A stretch of DNA of 64,000 bases from an uncultured Chloroflexia bacterium (GTDB lineage: Bacteria; Chloroflexota; Anaerolineae; Anaerolineales; E44-bin32): the NCBI GenBank assembly GCA_963777165.1, contig CAVZPO010000022.1:12082-76081 (forward strand), in the 5' to 3' direction. Below are positions 17,754 to 26,310 of this stretch, one piece after another (the first letter of the stretch is position 1; every line of letters begins with the position of its first letter). Under the pieces are notes generated by a model, which saw only the letters and a program-made list of their open reading frames with translations, had not been told where the DNA came from and made no database searches. The position numbers and the translations under genes are program-made.

Positions 17754-18965
17754 ATGACCGACTTTCCGGGCAAAGGCACAGTCGCCGTCGTCAAGACCAA
17801 CCCAGCCAGCGTGCTCGACGATATCGGCCGCGTGATGCACCTGGCCGGCGTCGAGGCCGCCCTGCCGCATTCGGCGCGCACCGGCCTGAAGATCAACATC
17901 TCCTGGCAGACGTGGTATCCGGCCTGCTCGTCGACGCCCTGGCAAATCGAGGGCGCCATCCGGGCTCTGCAAGCCGCCGGCTACCCCGACCTGGTCGGGG
18001 TGCACAACGATACCGTCGTCGTCGACACGCGCGTAGGCGAGTTCAACAACAAGCACCGTTTTGTCACCGATCAGTACGCCATCCCATGCATCTACCTGTA
18101 TGAGCAGGATTTCGAGTGGTTCGAGTTCAAGCCGAAGCAGCCGTTCCTGGTGCTGGACAAGGTCTATCCTCAGGGCGTGTTCATCCCCAAGGCGCTGGTC
18201 GGGCTCAACATGGTCCACCTGCCGACGGTCAAGACCCATGTCTTCACCACCATCACCGGGGCGATGAAGAACGCCTTCGGCGGGCTGCTGCACCGCAACC
18301 GACATTGGACGCATGCCGACATCCACGACACGCTGGTCGACCTGCTCATGATCCAGCGGGAGATCCATCCCGGGCTGTTCGCGTTGATGGACGGCACCTT
18401 CGCCGGCGACGGACCCGGGCCGCGCGCCATGCGCTGGCACGAGAAGAACATCCTGCTCGCCTCCGCCGACCAGGTGGCGATCGACGCCATTTCGGCCCGA
18501 TTGCAGGGTTTCGACCCGATGCAGATCAGGTTCTTGCGCCGGGCGCACGAGCTCGGCCTGGGCGTGGCCGACCCGCGCCAGATCCGCATCGCCGGCTACG
18601 ACATCGAAACGGAGCCGGCCTGGAACTTCCGACGCGAAGACACCTTCGCCAGCTGGGGCCAGAGGCAGATCTACCACGGGCCGCTCAAACCCTTCGAGAA
18701 GCTCCTGCTCCAGAGCCCGCTCGTCCCGTGGTCGTACTTCGCCAGCAACTTCTATCACAACGTCTACTGGTACCCGTTCATCGGGCGCAAACGCGTCGCC
18801 GCCGCCCTGCAGACGCCGTGGGGCCGGCTGTTCCAACAGTATGGCGACGGTAAGGTCGTCATGCCGGGCATGGAGCCCAAGACTGTCGTCCAGGCGGCGG
18901 TCGGCGCGGCGGCGACAATGCTGGCGGTCGTGGCGCTGGTGGCGTTCCTCCGCCGCAGCGGATGA
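17754..18965 (+). CDS. DUF362 domain protein with C-terminal TM anchor
   Basis: VAVVKT....LDDI, GLKINISW, THVFTTITGAMKNAFGGL, DGTFAGDGPGP and ASADQVAIDA are DUF362 hallmarks. Confidence 0.85.
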   Translation: MTDFPGKGTVAVVKTNPASVLDDIGRVMHLAGVEAALPHSARTGLKINISWQTWYPACSSTPWQIEGAIRALQAAGYPDLVGVHNDTVVVDTRVGEFNNKHRFVTDQYAIPCIYLYEQDFEWFEFKPKQPFLVLDKVYPQGVFIPKALVGLNMVHLPTVKTHVFTTITGAMKNAFGGLLHRNRHWTHADIHDTLVDLLMIQREIHPGLFALMDGTFAGDGPGPRAMRWHEKNILLASADQVAIDAISARLQGFDPMQIRFLRRAHELGLGVADPRQIRIAGYDIETEPAWNFRREDTFASWGQRQIYHGPLKPFEKLLLQSPLVPWSYFASNFYHNVYWYPFIGRKRVAAALQTPWGRLFQQYGDGKVVMPGMEPKTVVQAAVGAAATMLAVVALVAFLRRSG

Positions 18966-19958
18966 CGAACCTGCGCCGGCGGCTGTTGGCCGGCCTCGCC
19001 TTCGGCTTCATCGTCCTCTTGGTCCTGATCTTCCTCGGGGATGCGCGCCAGGTCGCCGGCCGGCTGGCCGGTTTTCCCTGGGCGCTGGCGCCGTTGGTCC
19101 TCGGCTGCACGCTGTTCAACTACACGCTGCGCTTCCTCAAGTGGCACTTCTACCTGCATCAGATCGGGGTGGTCGAGCTCTCGGTGCGCGAGAGCGCCCG
19201 CCTGTTTGTTGGCGGTTTTCCGCTGGCCGTCACGCCCGGCAAGGTGGGCGAAGTGCTCAAGGCAGTGTGGCTGCAGCAGAAGACCGGCATGCCTGTGACG
19301 CGCGGCGTCGCCGTGGTGCTGGCCGAGCGGATCAGCGACGGCCTGGCCGTGCTGGCGCTTTCGGCGCTGGGTGTGGTGGCTTACCCGCGCTACGCACCCG
19401 CCTTCGCGGCCGCGCTTGGCGTGCTCATCGCCATTCTCATCGTGTCACAGATCCGGCCGCTCGCCCTGCGGCTGCTCGCATGGGCAGAGCGGATCCCCGG
19501 GGTTCGTCGCTTTTCCGGCGGGCTGCACGAACTCTACGAAGGGTCGTATGCCTTGTTCCGCCCGCGCGCGACGCTCGTCGCCGTCGGCCTCGGGACGCTC
19601 TCCTGGCTTGGCGAGGGCATCGGGTTCTACCTGATCCTGCTCGGTCTGGGCGTTCCCGGCGGATGGGAGACGGCCGGCAGTGCGGTCTTCATCCTGTCGT
19701 TCGCCACGGTCATCGGCGCGATCTCCACGCTGCCCGGCGGGCTGGGCGCCGCCGAGGCGCCCGGGCGCCGCCGAGGGGACGATCGCCGGAATGCTGGCGC
19801 TTGTGCTGTCCCTCCCGGGCAGCGTCGCCGCCGCCGCCACGCTCTTGATCCGCTTCGCCACGCTGTGGTTCGGCGTGACCCTCGGCCTGCTCGTCTGGGC
19901 CCGCTCGCCCGAGTTGCTGGGGCTGGCCAGCACCCGCACACCGACCGACCCGGCATAG
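18962..19958 (+). pseudogene. UPF0104 / flippase-like (lysyl-PG synthase TM-region) membrane protein, disrupted by a 19-nt imperfect tandem duplication
   Basis: ATGA overlap with the DUF362 gene. Reads ...LPGGLGAAE, then the 19 inserted nt CGCCCGGGCGCCGCCGAGG (19757-19775). Without the insert it continues GTIAGMLALVLSLPGSVAAAATLLIRFATLWFGV...* (stop at 19956-19958). Confidence 0.8.
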
Positions 19959-20196
19959 AAACTTCGGACCGGTCGCGATCCACTCACCGCCCCGCGGTAC
20001 CCGCCTCTATGCCTCCGGCCGGTGTGGATGGGGTGGGATCCGGGTTCGACAGTCCGACCAAGCTCTCAGCCCGACATCCTGTTCGCACATGACCCAGGCC
20101 GCGGATGCCTTCCCGGCCGCCACAGGACGGGAGAGACGATTGCCTGGCTTCGGCCCGGCCTTCGTCGGGCTCTGACAGCCGGCTGCAAGCGGGCGA

Positions 20197-20545
20197 TCAG
20201 CTCAGCATGAGCGCGTAGGAGAAGCCGAACATGTAGACGAGAGGGATCGAGATCAGCAGCCCCGCCGCAAACAACCCGGCTGTCACCCACCGGGAACGTA
20301 GACCGAGCCACGACAGGTACGCGTCTGCCAAGGGGCCCGCCATGAAGCACAGGTTGGCCGAGCGCGGCACCGACCGCCAGCACAGGCAGCTCGCGCAGGC
20401 TCGGGAGCTGGAAGGCTCCCCCCGTTGGAATCAGCACCAGCCCAACCAACATGAGGTTGTACAGGATCCGAAGGCGCTCCCACTTCAGAAGGATCAACCG
20501 GAGCATGGGCAGCCACGAAGGGGTTGCAAAGTGTGTCTCATGCAT
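20197..20545 (-). pseudogene. small hypothetical membrane protein, frame broken near 20355-20362
   Basis: The N-terminal part WLPMLRLILLKWERLRILYNLMLVGLVLIPTGG..LPVLAVGAAL is in ORF 20066..20611. The hydrophobic tail ANLCFMAGPLADAYLSWLGLRSRWVTAGLFAAGLLISIPLVYMFGFSYALMLS* is in another frame and ends at 20197-20199. The start is uncertain. Confidence 0.4.
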
Positions 20546-21041
20546 GTTGGCACCGCACGCGGCATGATGTGAGGGATCGGGATACTCTCTCAGCCGCATG
20601 CCGACCATCATCCCCGGACGGTCCTCTCAATCGCCATCGGACGGCTATCAAGTGGTGCCGCGGGCGACTGTTCGCTGAGCTGCGTGTCCCACAACGGCAT
20701 TTTGCCACGAGAGAAGTCCCCCCTCGGCTTTTCCGAGTTTCCGATCCAGGTGTAAGGCGGCCGCTGGCGCGGGCTCTTACGTGTTCTGGGAGCCAGGAAC
20801 CGGTCAGCCCTCCGACGGGCAGTTGTCGGCGGACGACGGGAGAAGAGCCAGGTGTCTGAGAATACCCGGGGATTCCCCCATGGAGCCAGGCCCATCGCTC
20901 CACGGACTGAGGGGACGGGTCGCCCTTTCTGGTCTTGCGGCTTGAATCTCGGCGGCCGGTGAACGCCGTCATGGTACAGTACGCCGCGATCCTGAGTGAC
21001 CAGCCCGCTGCGGGGCACCTCGAGGCCTGCGACGCCCTTCC

Positions 21042-21710
21042 GTGCTCACCATCGAATTGCATTGCCACACCTGCTACTCGAAGGACAGCCTGATGCTCCC
21101 GGGGCGTTTGATCGACGTCGCCCGGCGGCGCGGGCTCCAGCGGCTGGCGATCACCGACCACAACGTCTTCGACGGGGCGCAGCACGCGGCGCACATCGAT
21201 CCTGAGCTGATCATCCCCGGGGAGGAAATCATGACCACCGGGGGCGAGTTGCTGGCGTACTACGTCGTCGAGGTGGTCCCCCCCGGCCTCAGCCCGGAAC
21301 GGACGATCGAGATCCTCCGCCAGCAGGGTGCCGTGGTCAGTGTTGCCCACCCGTTCGACGCCGTCCGCGCCGGTCACTGGGATGAGGCACAGCTGCAGGA
21401 AATACTGCCCTTGGTGGATGCCATCGAGGTCTTCAATGCCCGGGTCGGAATCGGTGCGTACAACCGCCGGGCGGCGGCGCTGGCCGCGGCGACCGGCAAG
21501 CCCGCCACCGCCGGATCGGATGCACATGCCTACTTGGAGATCGGGCGGACGACGATGCGCATGCCCGCTTTCGAGGACGCTGAGGGCCTGCGGGTCGCAC
21601 TTCGATCCGGCGAAGTCCGCGGCCGCCGGTCTCCGTACTGGGTGCACCTACTCTCGCGCTATGCCGCCTGGCGCAAGAAGGCCGGCTGGCGGATGCCGCC
21701 CGGCGCCTGA
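21042..21710 (+). CDS. PHP-domain metal-dependent phosphoesterase
   Basis: GTG start. Motifs ELHCHTCYSKDS, LAITDHN, SVAHPF and AGSDAH are PHP metal-ligand blocks. Confidence 0.85.
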   Translation: MLTIELHCHTCYSKDSLMLPGRLIDVARRRGLQRLAITDHNVFDGAQHAAHIDPELIIPGEEIMTTGGELLAYYVVEVVPPGLSPERTIEILRQQGAVVSVAHPFDAVRAGHWDEAQLQEILPLVDAIEVFNARVGIGAYNRRAAALAAATGKPATAGSDAHAYLEIGRTTMRMPAFEDAEGLRVALRSGEVRGRRSPYWVHLLSRYAAWRKKAGWRMPPGA

Positions 21711-21834
21711 ACCATACCGTCGCGCTTGCCCAGCGCGCGTCGGGTGTTCCTTGACCCGCCTCCCGCGCCGAACTGCCCGCAGGGTCAGAAACATGAGGCC
21801 GCGTCGGAAACAGGGTGCGGAACTCCCTCCCCTT

Positions 21835-22059
21835 TCATGGGGAGGGAAGGGGTGAGGGTAGCTCACAGGCCGCGCGGATCGCTTCAAGCACAGACGACAA
21901 ATTCGTCTCAACCTCGCCATTCGTGAACCGAAGTACGCGGTATCCGCTCCGGTTCAGCGCAGCCGTGCGGGCCTCGTCGTATGCCGCCTGGCGTAGCCCC
22001 ACGTGCGAGTCTCCGTCGATCTCGATGCAAAGGCGCGCCCGTGCGCCGTAGGAATCCAC
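21835..22059 (-). pseudogene. 5'-truncated DUF559 (Vsr-like endonuclease domain) fragment
   Basis: Reads ...VVDSYGARARLCIEIDGDSHVG....YDEARTAALNRSGYRVLRFTNGEV...VLEAIRAA..LPSPLPSP*. The N-terminal third (helix plus FRRQ block) is absent and replaced by the 3' tail of the upstream copy. Confidence 0.6.
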
Positions 22060-22070
22060 AACACAGCGAT

Positions 22071-22471
22071 TCAGGAGGGCTTGCTCCCTCTCCCATCGGG
22101 AGAGGGTGGGGGTGAGGGGGTAGAGAGAGCGTCGCGGATCGCCTCAAGCACGCCGTCAGGTTTTCCAGGACCTCGGGGTTCGGGAAGCGCATGATGCGCA
22201 AGCCGCGTGCCTGGATGCGGGAGCTGCGCACCTGGTCGGCGGCCTCGGCAGACTCGCCGGCGTGGGTGTCACCGTCAACCTCGATCACCAGGTGCAACTC
22301 AAGGCAGACGAAATCGACGATGTAATCCTCGATGGGAAACTGCCGGCGGAACTTTGCACCCAGCCCACGCGCTCGCAAGTGCTGCCAGAGCACATGCTCA
22401 GCGGCAGTCTCAGCTCGCCTGAGTTTCCGGGCCAACGGAGTGAGGCGACCGTGCCCTGATGAATCTGGCAT
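22071..22471 (-). pseudogene. DUF559 domain protein, frame broken near 22155-22158
   Basis: Reads LARKLRRAETAAEHVLWQHLRARGLGAKFRRQFPIEDYIVDFVCLELHLVIEVDGDTH...RGLRIMRFPNPEVLENL. The expected tail DGVLEAIRDALSTPSPPPSPDGRGSKPS* follows in the +1 frame (stop 22071-22073). One G appears to be missing in CTG(G)ACGGC. Confidence 0.75.
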
Positions 22472-22614
22472 CGTATCCCGTTCCTTCCGTGGAAACGACC
22501 TGCTACCGTGGCCGAGGGGACTCCGTTCGCCCCCTCACCCCCCGCCACGGAGGGAGTTCGCCCCCTATCACAACCACCCTCACCCTGCCCTCCCCCTTCG
22601 GGGGAGGGAGGAGG

Positions 22615-24120
22615 TCATTCCTTCGAGCGCAAGTGCGGGAAGAGGATCACCTCGCGGATCGTCGGGCGGCCGGTGAGCAGCATCGTCAGCCGGTCGATGC
22701 CCATGCCGAATCCGCCGTTGGGGGGCATGCCGTAGCGCATCGCCTGCAGGTAGTCCTCATCCATCGGGTGCCGTTCTTCATCATCGGCGGCGTAGTCCCG
22801 CCCCATCTCGGCGAAGCGCGCCTCCTGGTCCACCGGGTCGTTCAGTTCGGTGAAGGCGTTGCACAGTTCCATGCCGGCGACGTAGCCCTCGAAGCGCTCG
22901 ACCGTCCCGGGGTCCCCCGGCTTGCTCTTCGCCAGCGGCGAGATGTCGCGCGGGTAGTCGTAGATGAACGTCGGCTGGATCAGCGCCGGCTCGACGTAGT
23001 GCGAGAGGAGCAACTCGATCAGCTTGCCGCGCGTCGACGCCTCCGCCGGCGCATGCCCCTTGGCATTCATCGCCGCTCGCAGCGACTCGGCCGATGGGTG
23101 GGCGGCGAAGTCGATCCCCGAGCGCTCGAGAATTGCCGAGCGCAGATCCTCACGCCGCCAGGGCGGAGCCAGGTCGATGGTGTGGCCGTCGTACTCGACC
23201 GTCGTTGTGCCGATGGCCTGGCGCGCCACGGCGGCAACCAGTTCCTCGGTCACCACCATCACCTGGCGGTAGTCGGCGTAGGCCATGTAGAACTCGAGCT
23301 GGGTGAATTCGGGGTTGTGCTTGAAGGACACACCTTCATTCCGAAAATCCCGCCCGATCTCATAGACGCGCTCGAGCCCGCCCACGAGCAGGCGCTTCAG
23401 GTACAGCTCGAACGAGATGCGCAGGTACAGGTCCTGATGCAGCTGATTGTGGTGCGTGACGAACGGCCGGGCCGCCGCGCCGCCGTAGATCGGCTGCAGG
23501 ATCGGCGTCTCGACCTCGATGAAACCCTGTTGGTCGAGGTACGCACGCGCGGCGCTCACCACCCGCGCCCGCATGCGGAACACCTCGCGCACCTCGGGGT
23601 TGACCGCCAGGTCGGCATAGCGCTGCCGGTAGCGCGCCTCCGGGTTGGCGAAGGCGGCGTGCACCACTCGCTGTCCGTCGACGGTCTCCTCTTTGCCGGC
23701 CGGGAGCGGCGAGACCGCCTTGGCCAGCATGCGGAACTCGGTGACGTGCAGGGAGATCTCGCCGGTCTTGGTGCGGAAGAGCGTCCCGGTCGCCTGGACG
23801 AAGTCGCCCAGGTCGAACAGGTCGGCGAACTGCGCCACCTTCTCGGCGCCCAGGTCGTCGGCCCGTAAGTAGAGTTGAAGACGGCCATGGCCGTCTTCAA
23901 CGTGAGCGAAAGTGACCTTGCCCATACGCCGCATGGAGCGCAGCCGGCCGACGACGGTCGCCGCCACCGGGCTGGCATCGGGCGCGGCATCGAATGCCGC
24001 TTGCGCTTCGGCCGTCGTGTGCGTGCGCGCCGCGGTCGTCGGGTACGGCTCCATCCCGGCGCGGCGCAGCGCTTCGGCCTTCTCCAGGCGGACTCGCTCG
24101 AGGTCGTTCAACTCAGCCAT
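22615..24120 (-). CDS. lysS: lysine--tRNA ligase, class II
   Basis: 501 aa from ATG 24120. OB-fold region VAATVVGRLRSMRRMGKVTFAHVEDGHGRLQLY. Class II motifs RDFRNEG, FTQLEFY and GGFGMGIDRLTMLLTG. Confidence 0.95.
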   Translation of the reverse strand: MAELNDLERVRLEKAEALRRAGMEPYPTTAARTHTTAEAQAAFDAAPDASPVAATVVGRLRSMRRMGKVTFAHVEDGHGRLQLYLRADDLGAEKVAQFADLFDLGDFVQATGTLFRTKTGEISLHVTEFRMLAKAVSPLPAGKEETVDGQRVVHAAFANPEARYRQRYADLAVNPEVREVFRMRARVVSAARAYLDQQGFIEVETPILQPIYGGAAARPFVTHHNQLHQDLYLRISFELYLKRLLVGGLERVYEIGRDFRNEGVSFKHNPEFTQLEFYMAYADYRQVMVVTEELVAAVARQAIGTTTVEYDGHTIDLAPPWRREDLRSAILERSGIDFAAHPSAESLRAAMNAKGHAPAEASTRGKLIELLLSHYVEPALIQPTFIYDYPRDISPLAKSKPGDPGTVERFEGYVAGMELCNAFTELNDPVDQEARFAEMGRDYAADDEERHPMDEDYLQAMRYGMPPNGGFGMGIDRLTMLLTGRPTIREVILFPHLRSKE

Positions 24121-24213
24121 GATTTCACTCTCGGATGCGGACGAGACCCGCTGCCCGGCCGGCGCCGGGCGGGAGCCCGGCGGCTGCCGGGCGGCGGCCA
24201 GAGTCAAATCCTA

Positions 24214-24250
24214 CAAAAAAAGCCCCGCGCAAGCCAGGCCGGCGCGGGGC
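24214..24250 (-). terminator. intrinsic terminator of greA
   Basis: The minus strand reads GCCCCGCGCCGGCCTGGCTTGCGCGGGGC followed by TTTTTTTTG. Confidence 0.65.
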
Positions 24251-24270
24251 ATGATCCCGGACCTGGGGGA

Positions 24271-24738
24271 CTACTTGATCTTGGCCAACTTGAAGCGCAG
24301 CTTGCCGGCCGGGGCATGCACCTCGACCTCATCGCCGACCCGGTGGTCGAGCAGCGCCTGCCCCAGCGGCAACTCGTTCGAGATCAGCCCTTGCTTGGGG
24401 TTGGCTTCGGCCGCGCCGACGATGGTGTAGGTTTCGGGCTTGTTGCCGGCTTCCTGCACGACGACGGTGCTGCCGATCTTGACTACGTCCTTCGAGCCGC
24501 CCGGCTCGATCAACTTGGCCTGCGCCAGCATGTGCTCGAGCTCGAGGATCCGGCCCTCAACGAAGGCTTGCTCGTTTTTGGCGGCCTCGTACTCGGCATT
24601 CTCGATCAACTCGCCGTCTTCCATCGCCTCGTGCAGGCGCGTGGCAACTTCCTGACGCTTCACCGTCCTCAGCTGCTCGAGCTCTTCCTCCAGCTTCTTC
24701 AGGCCTTCCGCGGTGACGTAGACGGCATGCATACTCAT
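24271..24738 (-). CDS. greA: transcription elongation factor GreA
   Basis: Contains YVTAEGLKKLEEELEQL...ENAEYEAAKNEQAFVEGRILELE and C-terminal ISNELPLGQALLDHRVGDEVEV. ATG 24738 has GAGG 5 nt upstream. Confidence 0.9.
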   Translation of the reverse strand: MSMHAVYVTAEGLKKLEEELEQLRTVKRQEVATRLHEAMEDGELIENAEYEAAKNEQAFVEGRILELEHMLAQAKLIEPGGSKDVVKIGSTVVVQEAGNKPETYTIVGAAEANPKQGLISNELPLGQALLDHRVGDEVEVHAPAGKLRFKLAKIK

Positions 24739-24818
24739 CCCGACCTCAACCTTTGGCGCCACGGTGTAGACAAAAGGACTGAGAGGATTCTCTCAGCCCA
24801 GGCGGCACTGCTGACTGG

Positions 24819-24847
24819 ATGATAGCACATCTGAAAGGGGCTGTCTA
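24819..24847 (-). promoter_or_regulatory. sigma70-like promoter upstream of greA
   Basis: Minus strand: TAGACA (24847-24842), 17-nt spacer, TATCAT (24824-24819). The 5' UTR then contains the small hairpin CTGAGAG-AATC-CTCTCAG. Confidence 0.4.
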
Positions 24848-24964
24848 GTCGAGTGAGTTCCCGCGAGGGGGGCCACAGGTGGCCCGTGGTGGCACGTGGT
24901 CCAACAAGTGGGCATCTCTGGCGTAGGACTCAAGTCCCAGCTGACGCCGCAGAGGCTGGGGGTT

Positions 24965-25705
24965 TCAGTCCGCGCCCACCGGGCGAAGGAAGCGCAGCCC
25001 GCCAGATCGCTCGAGGGTCCCGATCAGCTCGAGGTACAGGGCATTTTCGGTGGCCCAGAAGGTTGCCGACTGCGAACGGTACTCCCCGATGGAGTCGATC
25101 CACTGACGGACTTCTTCCTCGGCCAGGGGGATGGTTGCCATGACCCCGGTGGGCAGGGGGAGGTCTGCCGGCAGCACGCCACCGCGAGCGGCATAGGGCA
25201 TGTCCTGGTAATACCACAGAGGCCGGCCGAGGCGTTCCGCCGCCATGCGGGTGAGGCGGTGGTCGACATGTCCGCCGACGACGGAGGGGCAGTACAACCG
25301 GGCGTCCGGAGGGCATTTCTCCACGAGCAGGGCGGCCAGGCGAGCCACCAGCTCCTGGTCGGCCGGGTGGAGTGAGCCGAAGATGGCACCTTCATCCGGG
25401 TAGAGCGGTTCGCCGGCGGCCCAGCGGTAGACGGCGTCGGGGACTTCGAGGTGAACGGCGGAGGCGCCCAGGCGGCCGCAGGCCATGCGGTCCTCCGCCC
25501 TTCGGGCGGCGATCGGCGAGCCGGCCCCGCCCCAGCGCCGGTGGAGCTCGACGGCGAAAGGCGTGAGCTCGCCGACCGGTGTATCCCCGGCGCAGACGGT
25601 GACGACTGTCACGCCCTCATCGTTCGCCGTCTGGCGTGCGATCAGGCCGCCGCAGGAGAAGACGGCATCGTCGAGGTGCGGCGCCAAGTAGACGTGGGAC
25701 GCCAT
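24965..25705 (-). CDS. PIG-L / LmbE family deacetylase
   Basis: N-terminal LAPHLDDAVFSCGG, and the later HVDH motif (GGHVDHRL). TATAAT ends 7 nt before the ATG, so the transcript may be leaderless. Confidence 0.85.
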   Translation of the reverse strand: MASHVYLAPHLDDAVFSCGGLIARQTANDEGVTVVTVCAGDTPVGELTPFAVELHRRWGGAGSPIAARRAEDRMACGRLGASAVHLEVPDAVYRWAAGEPLYPDEGAIFGSLHPADQELVARLAALLVEKCPPDARLYCPSVVGGHVDHRLTRMAAERLGRPLWYYQDMPYAARGGVLPADLPLPTGVMATIPLAEEEVRQWIDSIGEYRSQSATFWATENALYLELIGTLERSGGLRFLRPVGAD

Positions 25706-26043
25706 GTCAGGGATTATAGCGGAGTCAGGTCGAAACTACGCGCAAGGCCCCGAAGCCCCAATACTGGCCAGTTTCTGGTTGGCGAAGGGGCAAGCCCCCA
25801 TCCCTTGGGGCCGACTGGGGCCGTCTTCCGGCCGTGATGCCGGGTCAGCGACTTCAGGGCCCGGGCAATGGCGAAGGCTGGCGCTTTGCGGTTGTCACGC
25901 GTGCCGCTGAGGCTGCTGAGATTGCAGTGTTGGGCTGTGCCCTCATTGCAGTAGGGTGTCGTCCCCTCATCCTCGACCTACCCAAGGAACTGTGGGTGCG
26001 CGCACCTGAAAGCCGGCCGCGGTCACCGCTCGCCGCGAGCTGC

Positions 26044-26099
26044 TAGTTGCTAACTGCTAATTGCCAATTGCTGATCGCTGGTTGCCAATCGCTGACAGC
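26044..26099. repeat. eight tandem degenerate heptamers (consensus TAATTGC) upstream of tRNA-Lys
   Basis: TAGTTGC TAACTGC TAATTGC CAATTGC TGATCGC TGGTTGC CAATCGC TGACAGC. Strict 7-nt period, with every unit ending in GC. Confidence 0.45.
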
Positions 26100-26105
26100 C
26101 GCCCG

Positions 26106-26114
26106 TGATAGAAT
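26106..26114 (+). promoter_or_regulatory. extended -10 promoter element TGATAGAAT for tRNA-Lys
   Basis: TGnTAGAAT ends 8 nt before tRNA position +1. No good -35 at 17 nt. Confidence 0.4.
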
Positions 26115-26122
26115 CCCGCCGC

Positions 26123-26194
26123 GGGCCGTTAGCTCAATGGCAGAGCAGGTGCCTTTTAAGCACAAGGTTACAGGTTCAAGTCCTGTACGGCCCA
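26123..26194 (+). tRNA. tRNA-Lys (anticodon UUU)
   Basis: Manual fold. Acceptor GGGCCGT/ACGGCCC. D arm GCTC-AATGGCA-GAGC. Anticodon stem GTGC/GCAC with loop CTTTTAA. Variable loop AGGTT. T arm ACAGG-TTCAAGT-CCTGT. Discriminator A. CCA is not encoded. Confidence 0.9.
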
Positions 26195-26310
26195 TTCTAC
26201 GGCGTAGCTCTCCCCACTCGGGAGGCACGTTCTCCATCCGCATGCCTCCCGGCCTAAGGGATTCGGTGAATGCAAACCGCCCTCACCCTGCGGCAGAGTT
26301 AACCCCCGCC

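Noticed and set aside
20600-21040. Cobalamin-riboswitch-like strings (GGTGCC, GGGAGCCAGGAACCGGTCAGCCCTCCGACGGGCAGTTGT, three AGCCAGG) in the 430-bp gap upstream of the PHP gene
   Set aside because: The core blocks do not line up with the consensus I remember: there is no ...CCCGC.ACTGT, and the B12-box AGCCAGGAGACCTGCC is incomplete. I could not draw the P3-P6 pairings. A covariance-model scan (Rfam RF00174) would decide. Without one I do not call it.
22588-22608. Hairpin after lysS as a canonical intrinsic terminator
   Set aside because: The stem is good, but no U-tract follows on the lysS strand. It more likely belongs to the DUF559-associated hairpin family, so it is reported under that finding only.
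22615-26194. Functional linkage of lysS and tRNA-Lys(UUU), 2 kb apart
   Set aside because: They are on opposite strands, separated by greA and a PIG-L gene, with separate promoters and terminators. The proximity is probably coincidental.
26047-26310. N-terminal 88 codons of ORF 26047..27759
   Set aside because: This part reads through the heptamer array and the tRNA-Lys gene itself. The glycosyltransferase most plausibly starts at ATG 26311 or 26347.
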